Source: Podarcis cretensis
Lineage: Eukaryota
Reading direction: 5' to 3'
Assembly: GCA_951804945.1 (NCBI GenBank)
Contig: OX638154.1
Span: 68,324,001 to 68,388,000 of the forward strand
Length of the DNA stretch: 64,000 nt
The translations under genes and the position numbers were made by a program. The notes under the pieces are model-generated. The model was not told the DNA's origin, ran no database searches, and saw only the letters and a list, made by a program, of their open reading frames with translations. This document shows, piece by piece, positions 12,601 through 25,142 of the stretch. Position 1 is the first letter of the stretch. Every line of letters starts with the position of its first letter.

Positions 12601-13541
12601 TTTGCCTGTGTTCAGATGACATGGGTAGCTGGAGGAAAAGTGTGGGAGCCTGAAGGCTGATGAGGCTTGTTCTCATAATGCTAAATGAAGTAGTTTCAAA
12701 ATGTTGGTTGGCTTCCTTAAAAGTACCTGGCAAAAGATAGGCCAGGAAGAGAAAACTTTCTTAGGAGAAGTATTTTACAGTATGTCAAGCAGGAACCTGG
12801 AGAAAATGAGAGAAAATTATTTGCTTTCAGAACAGAACCCTTGCACTCTGATCATGGATTCCATGCAGTTGTTGTGTCATGTTAATTTTCAGCTGCTTAG
12901 TGTTCAATATCCTTTGTGTGACATTGAACTGAGTGTCTGAGTAAAATTCTCCACTGATGTACAGTACACAAATAGCATGAGCAACAGCAGAACAGACACT
13001 TTTTCTATAAGCTTCAGTGCTCTTCTGTCTTTGCTCTCTATTAAGCCCATCACAAAAGTTGGTTTCTATGTTGGTCTTGCCAAAAACAAAGCCAGTGAAA
13101 GAATCTGACTAGAGCTTTTACTTGGCAACTGAAAGACAAGGAGAGGATGTTTACACAAAATATTCCCTGCTCAGTTCCAGAACATGATATCCTGAGTTCC
13201 TTTCTCACAAAAATAAACTGAGCAGATCAGGATCAGGATCAGAGGAAACTTCACGTATTGCTGTGTGTAAGGATTGTGGTCAGGTAAGGTCCTGTTTTCC
13301 TTTACGAGAGTTATTTACCTTTTAAGTTAGGTGGACAGAACATAGCCCCAGAAACAGCTGTCCAATATGTATCCGTTTCTGCCATAACCTTAAAATTGCC
13401 AGACTGTATGTAGGATGACAACAGCCACCATTTGTGCTGTGGAAGCTGCTCATTCCAACTCCTTCCTGCTCTGGTCATGCAGAAAAGTGTATAGGAAGAA
13501 GACTCTACTAGGATATGTTAAAGGCAGAAGAATGGGGCAGG

Positions 13542-13581
13542 ATGATAGAACAGAGGGAAGCATGATAGAACAGAGGGAAGC
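13542..13581. repeat. Tandem duplication, 2 x 20 bp
   Basis: ATGATAGAACAGAGGGAAGC twice, exact. Confidence 0.95.
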
Positions 13582-13797
13582 ACCCATTAACTTTTATTTA
13601 CGTAGGTTGGCAAAGTAAGATAATAAGTTTTTTGTAAAATAAGTTCTTGTTGCCTCTCTCTTTGCATACAAAAGCTATTCCTACCAATTCTTTACAGCAA
13701 GTTACAGCATGCTATATGATGCCTCACTATATACACCTCACCTTGCTTCCAGTAAAACCACCAGCCTTGGTTTTAAAGGCTAGATGTCCATCTAGAC

Positions 13798-14047
13798 CAG
13801 GGACGTCTAACTCCCAATAGACGTCTAACTCCCAATAGACGTCTAACTCCCAATAGACTCACAGTATAAAAAAACTGGCAGTGATCTACCCATTGTCGTT
13901 GGATGGACCAAAGTTGTTGAGCTTATTTTAGGAAACCACAGTTCTTCCCCCCTTTTTTGGGGGGGGAGATCACTGAGGGGCCAAATACCTACCAAGAACA
14001 CCCTGTGATCTATCGGCAGATCATGATCTACCTGTTGGACATGACTG
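13798..14047. mobile_element. hAT-type MITE with internal 18-bp triplication
   Basis: Perfect 8-bp TSD ATCTAGAC (13790-13797 and 14048-14055). Imperfect TIRs CAGGGACGTCTAAC / GTTGGACATGACTG. Confidence 0.8.
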
Positions 14048-16774
14048 ATCTAGACCAAAAGATAACTCAAATTCCATGTTGGAAATAAAAAGGAAAAAAA
14101 GGCTTTACAAATAGAAATGTGTTTTTTTTAATTTAGATTGACCTGTTATTTACTTTGAATTGTTCACGCTACTTGAACTGTTTCAGTTAATAGAATAGAT
14201 CACATCATTTTGAAGCCATGTTGTAGAAAATGGAATAAGCTCTTCCCTAGGTCTTACCTTGCTATTAACAGGAATATATTATTCAAACAAGCTATAAATA
14301 CACTTTCTGAAGAAAAGACCAGCTGTATTTTCATCTCATTTTATGGTTATATAACGTGTCAGAAACAGCAGCACAAATACCACCTCGCATGTAAAAAAAG
14401 AAATATACACATTACTAATTTTAACTGCAAAAATGTTTTTGATGAATATGTGTGTTTTCTATTGGTAAACTGGTTTGACATAGGGACTTGAATCTATAAA
14501 AGAAAAAGAAAGCCAAAATGTCATTTAATAAGTCACACACAGTTTCATGCCCACCCCCTTTCCCACATATGCTCGACTTACGGTGGCAGCACTGCTTTTT
14601 GTTTTGCTTCACTCACATCTCTGTGGACTAAGTCAAGCAGAATTGTGAAATGGCTTGTGAAATATTTCAGAGTTGGTATGAGGATAAGGACTCACCAACA
14701 TGTAATGAGAATTGTCCCCTGTTTATTTCCATGAAGAATCTTCTGGTGTGGTGAGAAGTGATACTAGTGAAAGAAGAGGAATGTGTTATTTGGATTGCTT
14801 GTGTGTCCAAATTAACTACTAGAGTATGCTGTGTTCCAGAGCAAGTCAAAGGTTTTTGTGCACACATCTATGCCCTTTCCATTCATATCTGACACACAGA
14901 GGACACAAGTGTCATTGTTGGCATGCCTGTTTTATTTTTGGTAAAAGGTTTCTAGGCCATCTTTCAGACAAAAGTTTCAAGCTAGCTAACAAAAAAATCA
15001 GTTGGCTTTAGTAGGATGATGTGGAGTAGGCAATCTACGAGGTATGAGAACTAAACAATTCAGAGGAAAACTATCTTGAGTTGCTCCTGAAGGCTATAGA
15101 AAATGCTGCAACACAAGTGTAATTTTGCTGGTGGTAGCCTATTCTACTTCCTCCCAATGTCTCTTTGGCAGGCTTTCTCCCATCCTCCCCACCCGCTTCA
15201 AACATCCATCCATTCCCTTATCTGGACAGCTGTATATGAGAAACTTCATATAATTTCAGCTGTTGCACTTCAGTAGAATTTATCGGGAATGGAATGCTGA
15301 CTGTCTGTTGGGGTATGCGGAAGAAAACTGGGAGGGAAGAGAAATGCAATGGGGAGTGCTGAACAGGATCACTCTACACTGCATCTCTTCGTTGCATACC
15401 TTACATGCATTTCTTCAAATTATAAGAAAGCTGCAAGGGAGATGGGCAAAGGGAGGGATAAATTCCCCCAAGGACACTCCCCAGGCCCTTTGTAATCAGG
15501 ACTGAATGAGCAAACCGTCTCTTGGCATGGAGCAGCTGTTGAGGGCAGGTTCCAAACTCTCTCTTGGAATTCCGAACATTGGTAGAAAGAAATTCTAGTC
15601 TTGAAGTCAATGGCAGTTCTATTATGAGAAATTTAAAGGCAAAAAGATAATGCCTTCATGGATGTTCCAAGGCTCTCCTACCCTGAGACTTGGAAAATGA
15701 TTGATGGTACTGTGCTATTCACCATGTCGCCTACAATGCGTAGGTTCTGAGAATACACACTGGCTTCAGAGGTATCAGAATCCACCGCTTACTGGAATAA
15801 GCAAACAAACATAAACTAGAATGCTTGAATTTCACTCCAGTGTGAAATCAGTGTAACAAACGGATGATTTTAACTGCTTGGGTTAGGCAGTCAAAAAAAC
15901 CTGGATAGAGAATATGTGGTTGGGTTCTCTCTTAACAGGCGTGCAAACTGGCTCTTTGGGAAAGAGAAGAGTGAAACTATAATACATAATTTAAGTCATG
16001 GTCTTTTGTAAGTCATACTTACTGCGATCTACGGTTAACTGAAAAGCAACTATTAGCCCCTATTTACTTTTATATTTTCCCTGAAACAATTGAAATTGGC
16101 TCTTGTTGCTTCTGCTGTTTCAGCTACCTGATTGTAATGTCCACCTATATATTGGTGCCACCTGCAACTAAAATGACTGCAAAAAACTGACAGGTTGCTT
16201 TTTGTACCCTACTCTGTGCTAGGCTTCCCCCCCCCCCCAACATTTGACATTGAGGAAAGCAAATTCACGCAAAGGCTTAATCTATTTTGTATCTGTCACT
16301 CGTGCCTAGAGGGTAGCATGGAAAGTGACTGGTGCTGCGAGGCAATCAATCATTCAGTTGTGTTGCTGCTAGTGATGCACTTGCATTTTGCTTTTATAGG
16401 CTGAATGTGAAGAAATCAAAACCAATGTACTGGGAGCAGGAGACATGGCCTGTGCTTTATAAGATCTTTACTTTCCCATAATTTTTGTTGTTAATTGCAT
16501 GCCATCTCTATCCTGTTAACCAATTCCTCACAACTAAGAAATCAGGGGTGTTGTTGTTTTTTATCTAACAGTTTCGTTTTTCACACTTATTACTTTATCA
16601 CAGTGTGCAAAATTTGACCAGTGTCTGAAATACATAGGTCCATATACAAAAGGAAAATGGGGGTTAAGGTTTTTCCTCCCCTATCAGCAATTCATTCAGA
16701 TTCAGAGGGAGAAGGACATTGAATAGTTAACTGCAGAAAGGGAACACTGCAGAGTTTTGGCTGTAGTTAGCTTG

Positions 16775-16880
16775 GGAAGTGACGTCTTACAGCATTTGCT
16801 GTTCTAGAAAGAGCACAGACACGTAGTATAATTGGGAGGGCTCTGGGTGGCAGTGTCTCTACCACTGTGTATATTTATCT
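16775..16880 (+). promoter_or_regulatory. Candidate DNAJB4 proximal promoter
   Basis: GGAAGTGACGT (ETS-CRE), TTCTAGAA (2-unit HSE) and a TATA-like TATATTTAT lie about 165-265 bp upstream of the ATG. Confidence 0.45.
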
Positions 16881-17041
16881 GTATGAAACGACCAAGGAGG
16901 GGAGAATGTAATAAGCAGTCTGCCCGCTGCTTACTAAAACTGCTGCTCTTGTGACTTCTGTTAACGCTTTTCCAGCAACATCGCAAGCTGAGAAACTGGA
17001 CGCTGTTATATAGAAGGAAATAAACTTTGTGAAGGTTCAGT

Positions 17042-17252
17042 ATGGGAAAGGATTATTATTCCGTTCTTGGGATCGAAAAGGGAGCATCTGATGAAGACAT
17101 AAAGAAAGCTTACAGAAAACAAGCCCTTAAATGGCATCCAGATAAGAACAAATCTCCCCACGCAGAAGAAAAATTCAAAGAGATTGCAGAAGCTTATGAG
17201 GTGCTGAGTGATCCCCAAAAAAGAGAAATTTATGATCAGTATGGAGAAGAAG
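17042..17252 (+). CDS. DNAJB4: DNAJB4 (Hsp40, HLJ1) coding exon 1: J-domain
   Basis: MGKDYY...KWHPDKNK...YGEEG contains the HPD motif. 211 nt, donor GAAG|GTAAAA. Synteny with FUBP1 and GIPC2 favours DNAJB4 over DNAJB1 or DNAJB5. Confidence 0.96.
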
Positions 17253-18868
17253 GTAAAAGAATTTTATGTACAGTATTTTTAGCTTAAAATAGAAAGCTTT
17301 TTTTAAAATGTCAGATGCAGTGAGGCAGTTTTTAAGAAGCAGGTTTGAGCAATTAGATGTAGTAACATAGTTAGAGGATTCAAGTCTTGCTTGAGAGTCT
17401 AATACTTCTATGGAATGTTCTAATTTAGGTTATTTTCTATGTGAATCTATTTGATTCATCTGTCAAACATGTTAGTAGATACTGTTTAATTTATGTTACA
17501 AAAACTTTGCAATAGTGTGCTGAGTTTGTCTCACTCTTCCAAAGTAGCATAAAATATACGGGTATAGTTTTATTAAAAATGGCCCTTCTCAGCCAGGGTC
17601 CAGGTGTCCAGACTCTAGCCAATATTGGCATCTTGCCTGGAAAGGAAAGAATTTGTCTGATGTCATGAAATACTAGGACAAGTTTTCAGCTTAATTGTAA
17701 ACAGTGCTAAAGTGCCAAGGAAATGAGGCCCAGAAGCAGTGTGTTTAGCTTAAAACGATTATGTTAAAATAATTTAGTTTAGATGGATTCTTAGAACTTT
17801 TGGAACTGGGTTGCTACCTTTATGGTTCAAAGTTTTGTTCAAATGCTGACCTAAGCTGGCTTCATTACAATAACATACTCCCTCAATGAAACAAGACTTT
17901 TCACTTTATGATGGTCTATTGAAAACATGTGAACACTTAATTGATGAGCTCTTGATGATGATTGCTCTGAGAAGTTTGAATTCATCACAAATCTACACAT
18001 TTCTATAAATGCTGGTTCTATTTGAAGTTTTATAACTGCAGCTCCAGGATCACTGTTTCTCTTGTAGTCATTGGACTTCCGTGAGGCCTTGAAACAAAAG
18101 GGTTCCTTATTCTTAGTCAAGGATCAGCATTCTTTAGGCATTCACATGTTCTTTAGTCTCCTTTTCATTCCTACCTTCTTTTCCTAATTATACCAGTGTG
18201 TGTGTGTGTGTGCTTCTTTCCCAGCCAATATCAGCATGGATTTTCTACTTGTCGTGTGAGAAATTAAAATGAAAGGAATAGAAGCAGCTGTCACCAAACA
18301 TAAAATCATGCCTAATATTTATTTCTGTGTTACACATTAGATCTTTAATGAGTTTATAAAGCTTGAAATCTTGGTGAATGCAGCAGCTTTACTGCTGCCC
18401 AGGACATGGGCAGACTGTGGGTCCAGAGCCACTTTTTATAGCCATGGGACCCGGTGTCCTTTCAGCAAAACCTATCCATTATCTATTCTAGGAAGTGTCA
18501 TTCCGCTAAGCACATGGTATGGTTTGTCAGCCCGCTTGGCATTAGTACTACATCTGTATAAGATCATCATGCTCATCATAGCTAAGAGACTAGGTTTAGC
18601 CTGAAAAGCCATTTTAGCAACCTATTTTTATTTACTGAATATTTTCTCAGCTTGGAGAAAAGACTTGATTTTTGTTTTCATGGTTCTAAGTCAACGCAAA
18701 TAAGTTTTTTGAAAGTAGAGTTTTAAAACCTTTCTAGAGATTTGTATTCTTGCATTTCTAAATCCCATCCCTATGTAAATTTGATTAAAATCCATGACAG
18801 CACAATTTCTCTCCTAACTTTGGGTACTACATCCCCAACTTGCAAACATCCATGTTCTTTTCTATTCA

Positions 18869-18873
<5 letters not shown>

Positions 18874-18930
<57 letters not shown>
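18874..18930. repeat. Compound (CT)n(CA)n microsatellite
   Basis: Directly visible. Confidence 0.95.
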
Positions 18931-18933
<3 letters not shown>

Positions 18934-19457
18934 CCAAGCAGCAGATGGCATTTAGAACCAAAGACTATAGAGTTATGGCCCACAGCCTTCTCATGCAGAG
19001 TCTGCTTAGGTGTTTTGAAGATAGACTAGAAAGCTAAGAAACTGTTTAAATTTAGGATGGCTGCGTAGGTGTAATTAATCACAGAGTGTAGGTGGGTGCC
19101 ATAACGTTGGAAGAAATGGCAGGCTTGAAATAGCTGAGGTAACTGTCAGCATGAGTGTGATAGCATAACTTCATAAGATCTCTTTATAAATATCACTTTG
19201 CGTAGCTTGCAGTACTTTAGCATTTTCTAATTTCTTGGGCTGTAGTCTATTCAAAACTTAGAAGTAGGTCCAATTAAACTCAGCTGGGCTTCCAAATAAA
19301 TGCATGTAAAATTGGGCTGTGTTATATTTGATGTGTGGCCCAATCCAGTGGTTGCTTCCTCAAAGTAGACCCTACTGAATACTCTAAAGTAAGTCCCATC
19401 ATTAAATGTGTACATGTGTACATAGTTGGAGATTGTGCCTTACATTTCTAAACCAGA

Positions 19458-19701
19458 ATAATAATAATAATTTTATTATTGTACCCCACCCATCTGACTG
19501 GGCTGCCCCAGCCACTCTGGGTGGCTTCCAACATGTATGAAAACATAATAAAACATTACACATTAAAAGGCTTGCCTATAATGGGCTACCTTTCAATATT
19601 TTCTAAGGGTTATATAGTTACTCATCTCCTTGACAACTGATGGGAGGGTGTTCCACAGGGTGGGTGCCACTACAGAGAAGGCCCTCTGCCTGGTTCCCTG
19701 T
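19458..19701 (-). mobile_element. L2-type LINE 3' end
   Basis: AAT/TTA tail plus GTACCCCACCCATCTG...GGCTTCCAACA, the reverse complement of the copy at 22905. Confidence 0.65.
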
Positions 19702-19744
19702 ATTTAAGTTTAGCATTGTTAAACTTATTTGTTCCCTTTTGTAG

Positions 19745-20319
19745 GACTGAAAGGAGGAGCTGGAGGGCCAGATGGGCAAGGTGGTACTTTCCGGTACTCC
19801 TTTCATGGAGACCCACATGCCACATTTGCAGCATTTTTTGGTGGTGCAAATCCTTTTGAGATCTTCTTTGGAAGAAGGATGCCTGGTGGCAGAGACACTG
19901 AAGACATGGAAGTGGATGGAGATCCATTTGGTTCCTTTACTTCTTTCAATATGAATGGATTCCCAAGGGAAAGAAATACTGTTGGTAGCCAACCCCGTCG
20001 TAAGCAAGATCCCCCTATTGTTCATGAACTCAAGGTATCACTGGAAGAGATTTACCATGGATGCACAAAAAGAATGAGAATTTCCCGAAAACGGCTCAAC
20101 CCAGATGGTAGAAGTGTCAGAACGGAGGATAAAATCCTCACTATTGATATCAAGAGAGGATGGAAAGAGGGCACCAAAATTACATTCCCCAAAGAAGGCG
20201 ATGAAACACCTAGCACCATACCAGCTGATATTGTGTTTGTTATTAAAGATAAAATACATCCTCACTTCAAGAGGGATGGTTCAAATATTGTCTATCCTGT
20301 CAAGATCACCTTACGAGAG
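19745..20319 (+). CDS. DNAJB4: DNAJB4 coding exon 2 (575 nt; G/F-rich region and C-terminal domain I)
   Basis: Acceptor CCCTTTTGTAG and donor GAG|GTAAGT. Encodes GLKGGAGG...FHGDPHATFAAFFGG...GWKEGTKITFPKEGD...ITLRE. Confidence 0.97.
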
Positions 20320-20329
20320 GTAAGTACCT

Positions 20330-20482
20330 TAGAATCATAGAATCATAGAGTTGGAAGAGACCACAAGGGCCATCGAGTCCAACCCCCTGCCAAGCAGGAA
20401 ACACCATCAGAGCACTCCTGACATATGGTTGTCAAGCCTCTGCTTTAAGACCTCCAAAGAAGGAGACTCCACCACACTCCTT
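20330..20482 (-). mobile_element. CR1 LINE 3' end
   Basis: (AGAATCAT)2 is the reverse complement of the CR1 ATTCTATG tail. It is followed by GAGTTGGAAG.GACC...GTCCAACCCC. Confidence 0.85.
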
Positions 20483-20590
20483 GTTATGCTTTGGAATGGT
20501 ATTGTTGAAACTTTATGCCATCTGTGCTTCAAACTTGTTCACATTGTTTTACAGTCAAAGCTGAGTCGAACTTGATAATAGCCCATAGAT

Positions 20591-20726
20591 CAGGCTTCCT
20601 AAAACTTGGCCCGCCAGGTGTTTTTGGCCTACAACTCCCATGATCCCTAGCTAGTAGGACCAGTGGTCAGGGATGATGGGAATTATAGTCTCATAACATC
20701 TGGAGGGCCGAGTTTGAGGAAGCCTG
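20591..20726. mobile_element. hAT (Buster/Charlie-type) MITE, 136 bp
   Basis: TIRs CAGGCTTCCT.AAACT / AGTTTGAGGAAGCCTG, a perfect 8-bp TSD CCATAGAT, and a palindromic body. Confidence 0.9.
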
Positions 20727-21199
20727 CCATAGATGATGTTGTTTGATAAATATGCAGACACCCAGATAATGGGCGTGATTCACCTAACGAGTCCTGTCAG
20801 CGCAAGCCCTGCAGAAGAATTGCCACTTGCACAATGGGGCTTTCCCCTCTCCTCACCCCAGCGCCCCCTCCAACCAGCATGCCCCAAAATTGACTCTGGG
20901 GGAGTGTTGGGAGAACTCCCAGAGCAGCACCCAGGCAGGAGGAGAGGGGGATAGTTCCATCTGGCAAGCTGCAGTGCTTGCATTGATGGCACTTCCACCA
21001 TGGTGTAACACTGGATTCCATCCACTGTGTTGAATAGTTCAGCACCATTTAGAAGAAGGATGACTGCTATTCTTTGACTTTAGCATGTCATAACAGAGTG
21101 TGGGATAAAATATCCAAAGCTAACACTGTACTTCATAATTCTGGTTGCTGCTTGTGCCGTCTCTTGCTTTCCCCTCATTGTCATTTTCTGTTCTATTCT

Positions 21200-21318
21200 G
21201 GGTTGAATCCAATGCTAGTCCAACTTGGAGTAGACCCAGTGAAGTTAATGGATCTGGCTAACTCAGGTTCATTTACTTCAATGGATCTAATCTGAGTAGG
21301 ACCAGTATTGGGCACAAC
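21200..21318. mobile_element. Fold-back MITE (about 118-bp hairpin)
   Basis: The left arm GTTGAATCCAATGCTAGTCC..TGAAGTTAATG is an imperfect reverse complement of CATTTACTTCA..GGACCAGTATTGGGCACAAC. Confidence 0.65.
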
Positions 21319-22904
21319 TTTCTGCCTGCAACAAAAGTTAGTCATGTACTCAGTTGAGCCTACCTTTTAACTGGCTGGGATGTTTTCTGATTCTATTCAG
21401 TGGCTCTTTGCAGTATGAGGATGTGGCATCGCTCTGCAGCATGATAGAAAATGTGTTGGTCTAAAAGGTTATTGGAACACAAATGCAGAAACCCAAAACA
21501 GACTCATGAGCAAAACTCCCACCAGAATGCCTCGGGGGGTGGGGGTGGGGGAAGCACCCACCTACACTCTAATAAAGTTGCAGATTTTTAAAACAGCAGA
21601 GAAATCAGTGCTGTGTGGACAACAAGATCTGCTTTGCTTCTAATTTTGTAGCAATTGAGTAGTTGGATACAAAATGGTGCAGTTATGCAAACCAACACTT
21701 GGCCAATCTAAGCAACAGTAAACTTAGCTGAGATGGCATGGGTTTAATTTTAAACCAATGCTTTTATATAAATGGGTGTTAAATTGATGTATATGTACAT
21801 TATGTTGCAGTTAGAACTAAACAAGCAAAATGAAATAGAACAAAACTAAACTAAATAGCGCTATGAGCTATGCCTTATAATAATATTACAGATACCGTGT
21901 AAATACCTCTCTATAGTGCATCTAAGCAACTAATATTTTGCTAATCTTATTTTGAATACAGCTTAGGCCAGGCTTTGGTTTTTTTTGTTTCAAGTACAAT
22001 TAGTTAGAGAGTCTGGCATTCCTAATAGGTTGGCTGACAGTGGTTTACTGGGATTCTTACATAAACATTGAATTCTGTGCATGTAGGACTCCTTCATTTT
22101 TGTCCATGGGTTGCAAAACGAGTGTAGTGCACTTATGCTTTGCATGAATAGATCAGGGATAGGCAACATGATGCCCTCTGTATTTGGAACTAAAACTCCC
22201 ACCCACCCCACCCACCGTAACCACTGATAACAAATAAAGCAAGTTGTAGACAGCATTATCTGAAGGGTACCATTGTTACCTACATCTGGCATGGATGGTT
22301 CCTACCTCAAGGAGAAGATGGATGGTGTCCAGTAGTGACCAGTGGGGCTGCATTGCTAACCTGACTTGCCAACACCATGAAGTCACTGCTGGTTAGCAAG
22401 AGGAGGAGTGGCAAAGCAGCAGGCAGCTTGGTATGGGTGCAGCCAATCTGATGCCTTTGCACTACACAGAGGTCCCCATTGCCTTGCCCCTCTCTCTCTT
22501 GGTAATGGGCAGCAATGCATGACCTTGGGAAACTAGGTCAGCAAAGCAGCTCCACCGGCCACTGCCCTGCCAGCCACTACTGGTAGTGCTTATATGCACA
22601 AGAAGCTCCATGTAAAACAGGGGTGGAGAGCCTGTAACCCTCCAGATGTTGTAGGATGCCAACTCCCATAAACCTGAGCCAGCAATGTCATTGGTCATAC
22701 GGGAGTGGTCACAGGTTAGCCACTTCTGCTCTATGTAGTGGGAACTGTTCAGCTATGTTTGCTTATTGTTTTCCATTTACAAAACCATTTATAGTTATGA
22801 ACTGCATACATAGGATTGTGCTGTAAGAATTTGGGCTACACAGTAATTATTTGTATAAGATTCAATCTCTGCTTCTGAAAATTATACCCTAGGCTTTTCA
22901 TCTT

Positions 22905-22988
22905 TGTTGGAAGCCGCCCAGAGTGGCTGGGGAGACCCAGCCAGATGGGCGGGGTACAAATAATAAATTATTATTATTATTATTATTA
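22905..22988 (+). mobile_element. L2-type 3' terminal fragment with (TTA)n tail
   Basis: TGTTGGAAGCCGCCCAGAGTGGCTGGGG...GGGGTACAAATAATAAATTATTA. Confidence 0.7.
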
Positions 22989-23179
22989 CTTGAAAACATG
23001 TTTACTTGTAGTGTTTCTAGCATTACCAATACACCCAACATAGAGTAACAATATAGGATGTATAATACTGTAACTGTATTTCTAAGTTATATTTCATAGA
23101 TACTTATCTTTCTTTAAGTGCTTTACAAAAAACAAATGTCCTGCTGCTTCTGATTTGGCTTTTAAAACTTATTTTTTAG

Positions 23180-23413
<234 letters not shown>

Positions 23414-25142
23414 AACAACATACTTTTTTGAACTTGTTCCAAAAGGACGCTGAAAATTGAAGAGTTGAGGTTTATGCTGTAAAAGTGCAATCTATAACTG
23501 TGGAACTTAACTTTTTTTGTGTGTGGATTGGGGAGAGAGTTATGCAGTGCTGCATGAGAATAGGAGGCAAAAGTACAAAATACTTGCAATCAAGTATGAA
23601 GCTAAAACCATTTGCTGTGTATTGGATTTTCCTTTTCAAAAAGTTTTATCCAGTATTTGCTTATAAGTAAGATGTATTTTTGTGTGTGTGAGGGGGGCAC
23701 TTCTGTGCATATCTCATATGCACAGAATCATGAAGTGCTTGAGTTTTAAAGCACTTTATTTCAGATATTTCTTTATCATCTATGTGAGATTATTATATTG
23801 CAGGATCAGAAATCGGAATTCGTAGTATGATCTATGTAACGTTTGCAATATTTATGTTGTGTACATGCCAATTCGCTATGTTTACATTGCACACAGCAGA
23901 AGGCAGGAAATCTCACTTGAAATGTTCATGAGCCCGAAGGGTAAGTTTTTTTTCTGCATTGTTGTATGTTTTTGGATTCCTTTCCTCAGTATTCTACAGA
24001 TGCTCACCTAACAGAAAATTATATGTGCCATTCCACAGTCATACATATATGTACCATGTCATGAACATGCTCCAAACCAGAACACACAGTGGGTGACTCA
24101 GTAGTTGCCAAGTATTCAGGGTCTTACCCCTACCCTACATTTACGCAGCCTCCACTCCTATCCAGCCCAGGCCAAGAGACTCCCAGACTTCACCTGACGT
24201 TCCTAAGATTCCAAGGGAACAAGGGTCAAAACAATACCCTCTGCTGTCTGAACTTATTCTAAAAACACAGTACCTGGTAGGGAACTAAGCAGTCAAGTAT
24301 TGGATTTAGTACCAAGGCATTACCTAAATAAAGCTCGCGCACACACACAAAATTCCAAAAGGAGGTACATTTATTTGATAAAAGAAAACATTATGAGAAC
24401 AAATATATTTGGGCAATTATGTCAGATCAAGCAAACTGCTAAACCAGCCAGTTCTGCACACATCAATAAAATCATTGGCTTCACAGGGACAAAAGCATAC
24501 AACACAGAGCACGGTAATCCAAATATGATCCGAAGGTGGGATGTTCCCTACCAAAAGTAAGGGTCTGCTTTCTTCTAAAAGACATAGCAACCTAGGTAAA
24601 TCTTGTTAACCTGTAAAAAGGCCTCAAGACCCCCCAACTTTCTGGCACTTTAGGCTACATGCTTTCCCACCAAACCCAGCTCAAGCAACCATTCCAGTCA
24701 ACAAGCTCACAGCTGATTTACCACATTTTCATATGGAAAAAATGTGACAGCAGTTGCTTTAATGTCCATTAAAACATATGTCCAAATTGTGGAGCCTGCC
24801 TGCTGAGAGAGCAGGTCTATATAGAAGGGTTATCTGAACAAGGGAATGGACCTATTTAAAGCACACTAACTTCACAGTCTTTCACAGTTTAAGCCCCTTG
24901 AAACTTCTGTGGTCAGTAAATTAGTAGTACTTGGTCCCACTTAAGAAGTTGTAAGCTTGTTCTGAATTATCTAAACGAAGGGAAGAAAATGCCCTCAATT
25001 ACAGTTTTCTAAAAGAAAAGAAAAAGAATCTATAGGGCTGGTACCCTTGGATGGCAAAAATTAACAAGTAAACATCCTTTTAGCATTTGTCTCTAAACTT
25101 GCTGCAATATGTTAACACCTGAAAGTCATATTCTTTAAAGAA

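Noticed and set aside
13281-13289. Strong + strand donor CAG|GTAAGG (and CG|GTAAGT near 10312) as extra DNAJB4 5' exons
   Set aside because: Isolated donor matches are common. No clear paired acceptor or promoter could be supported.
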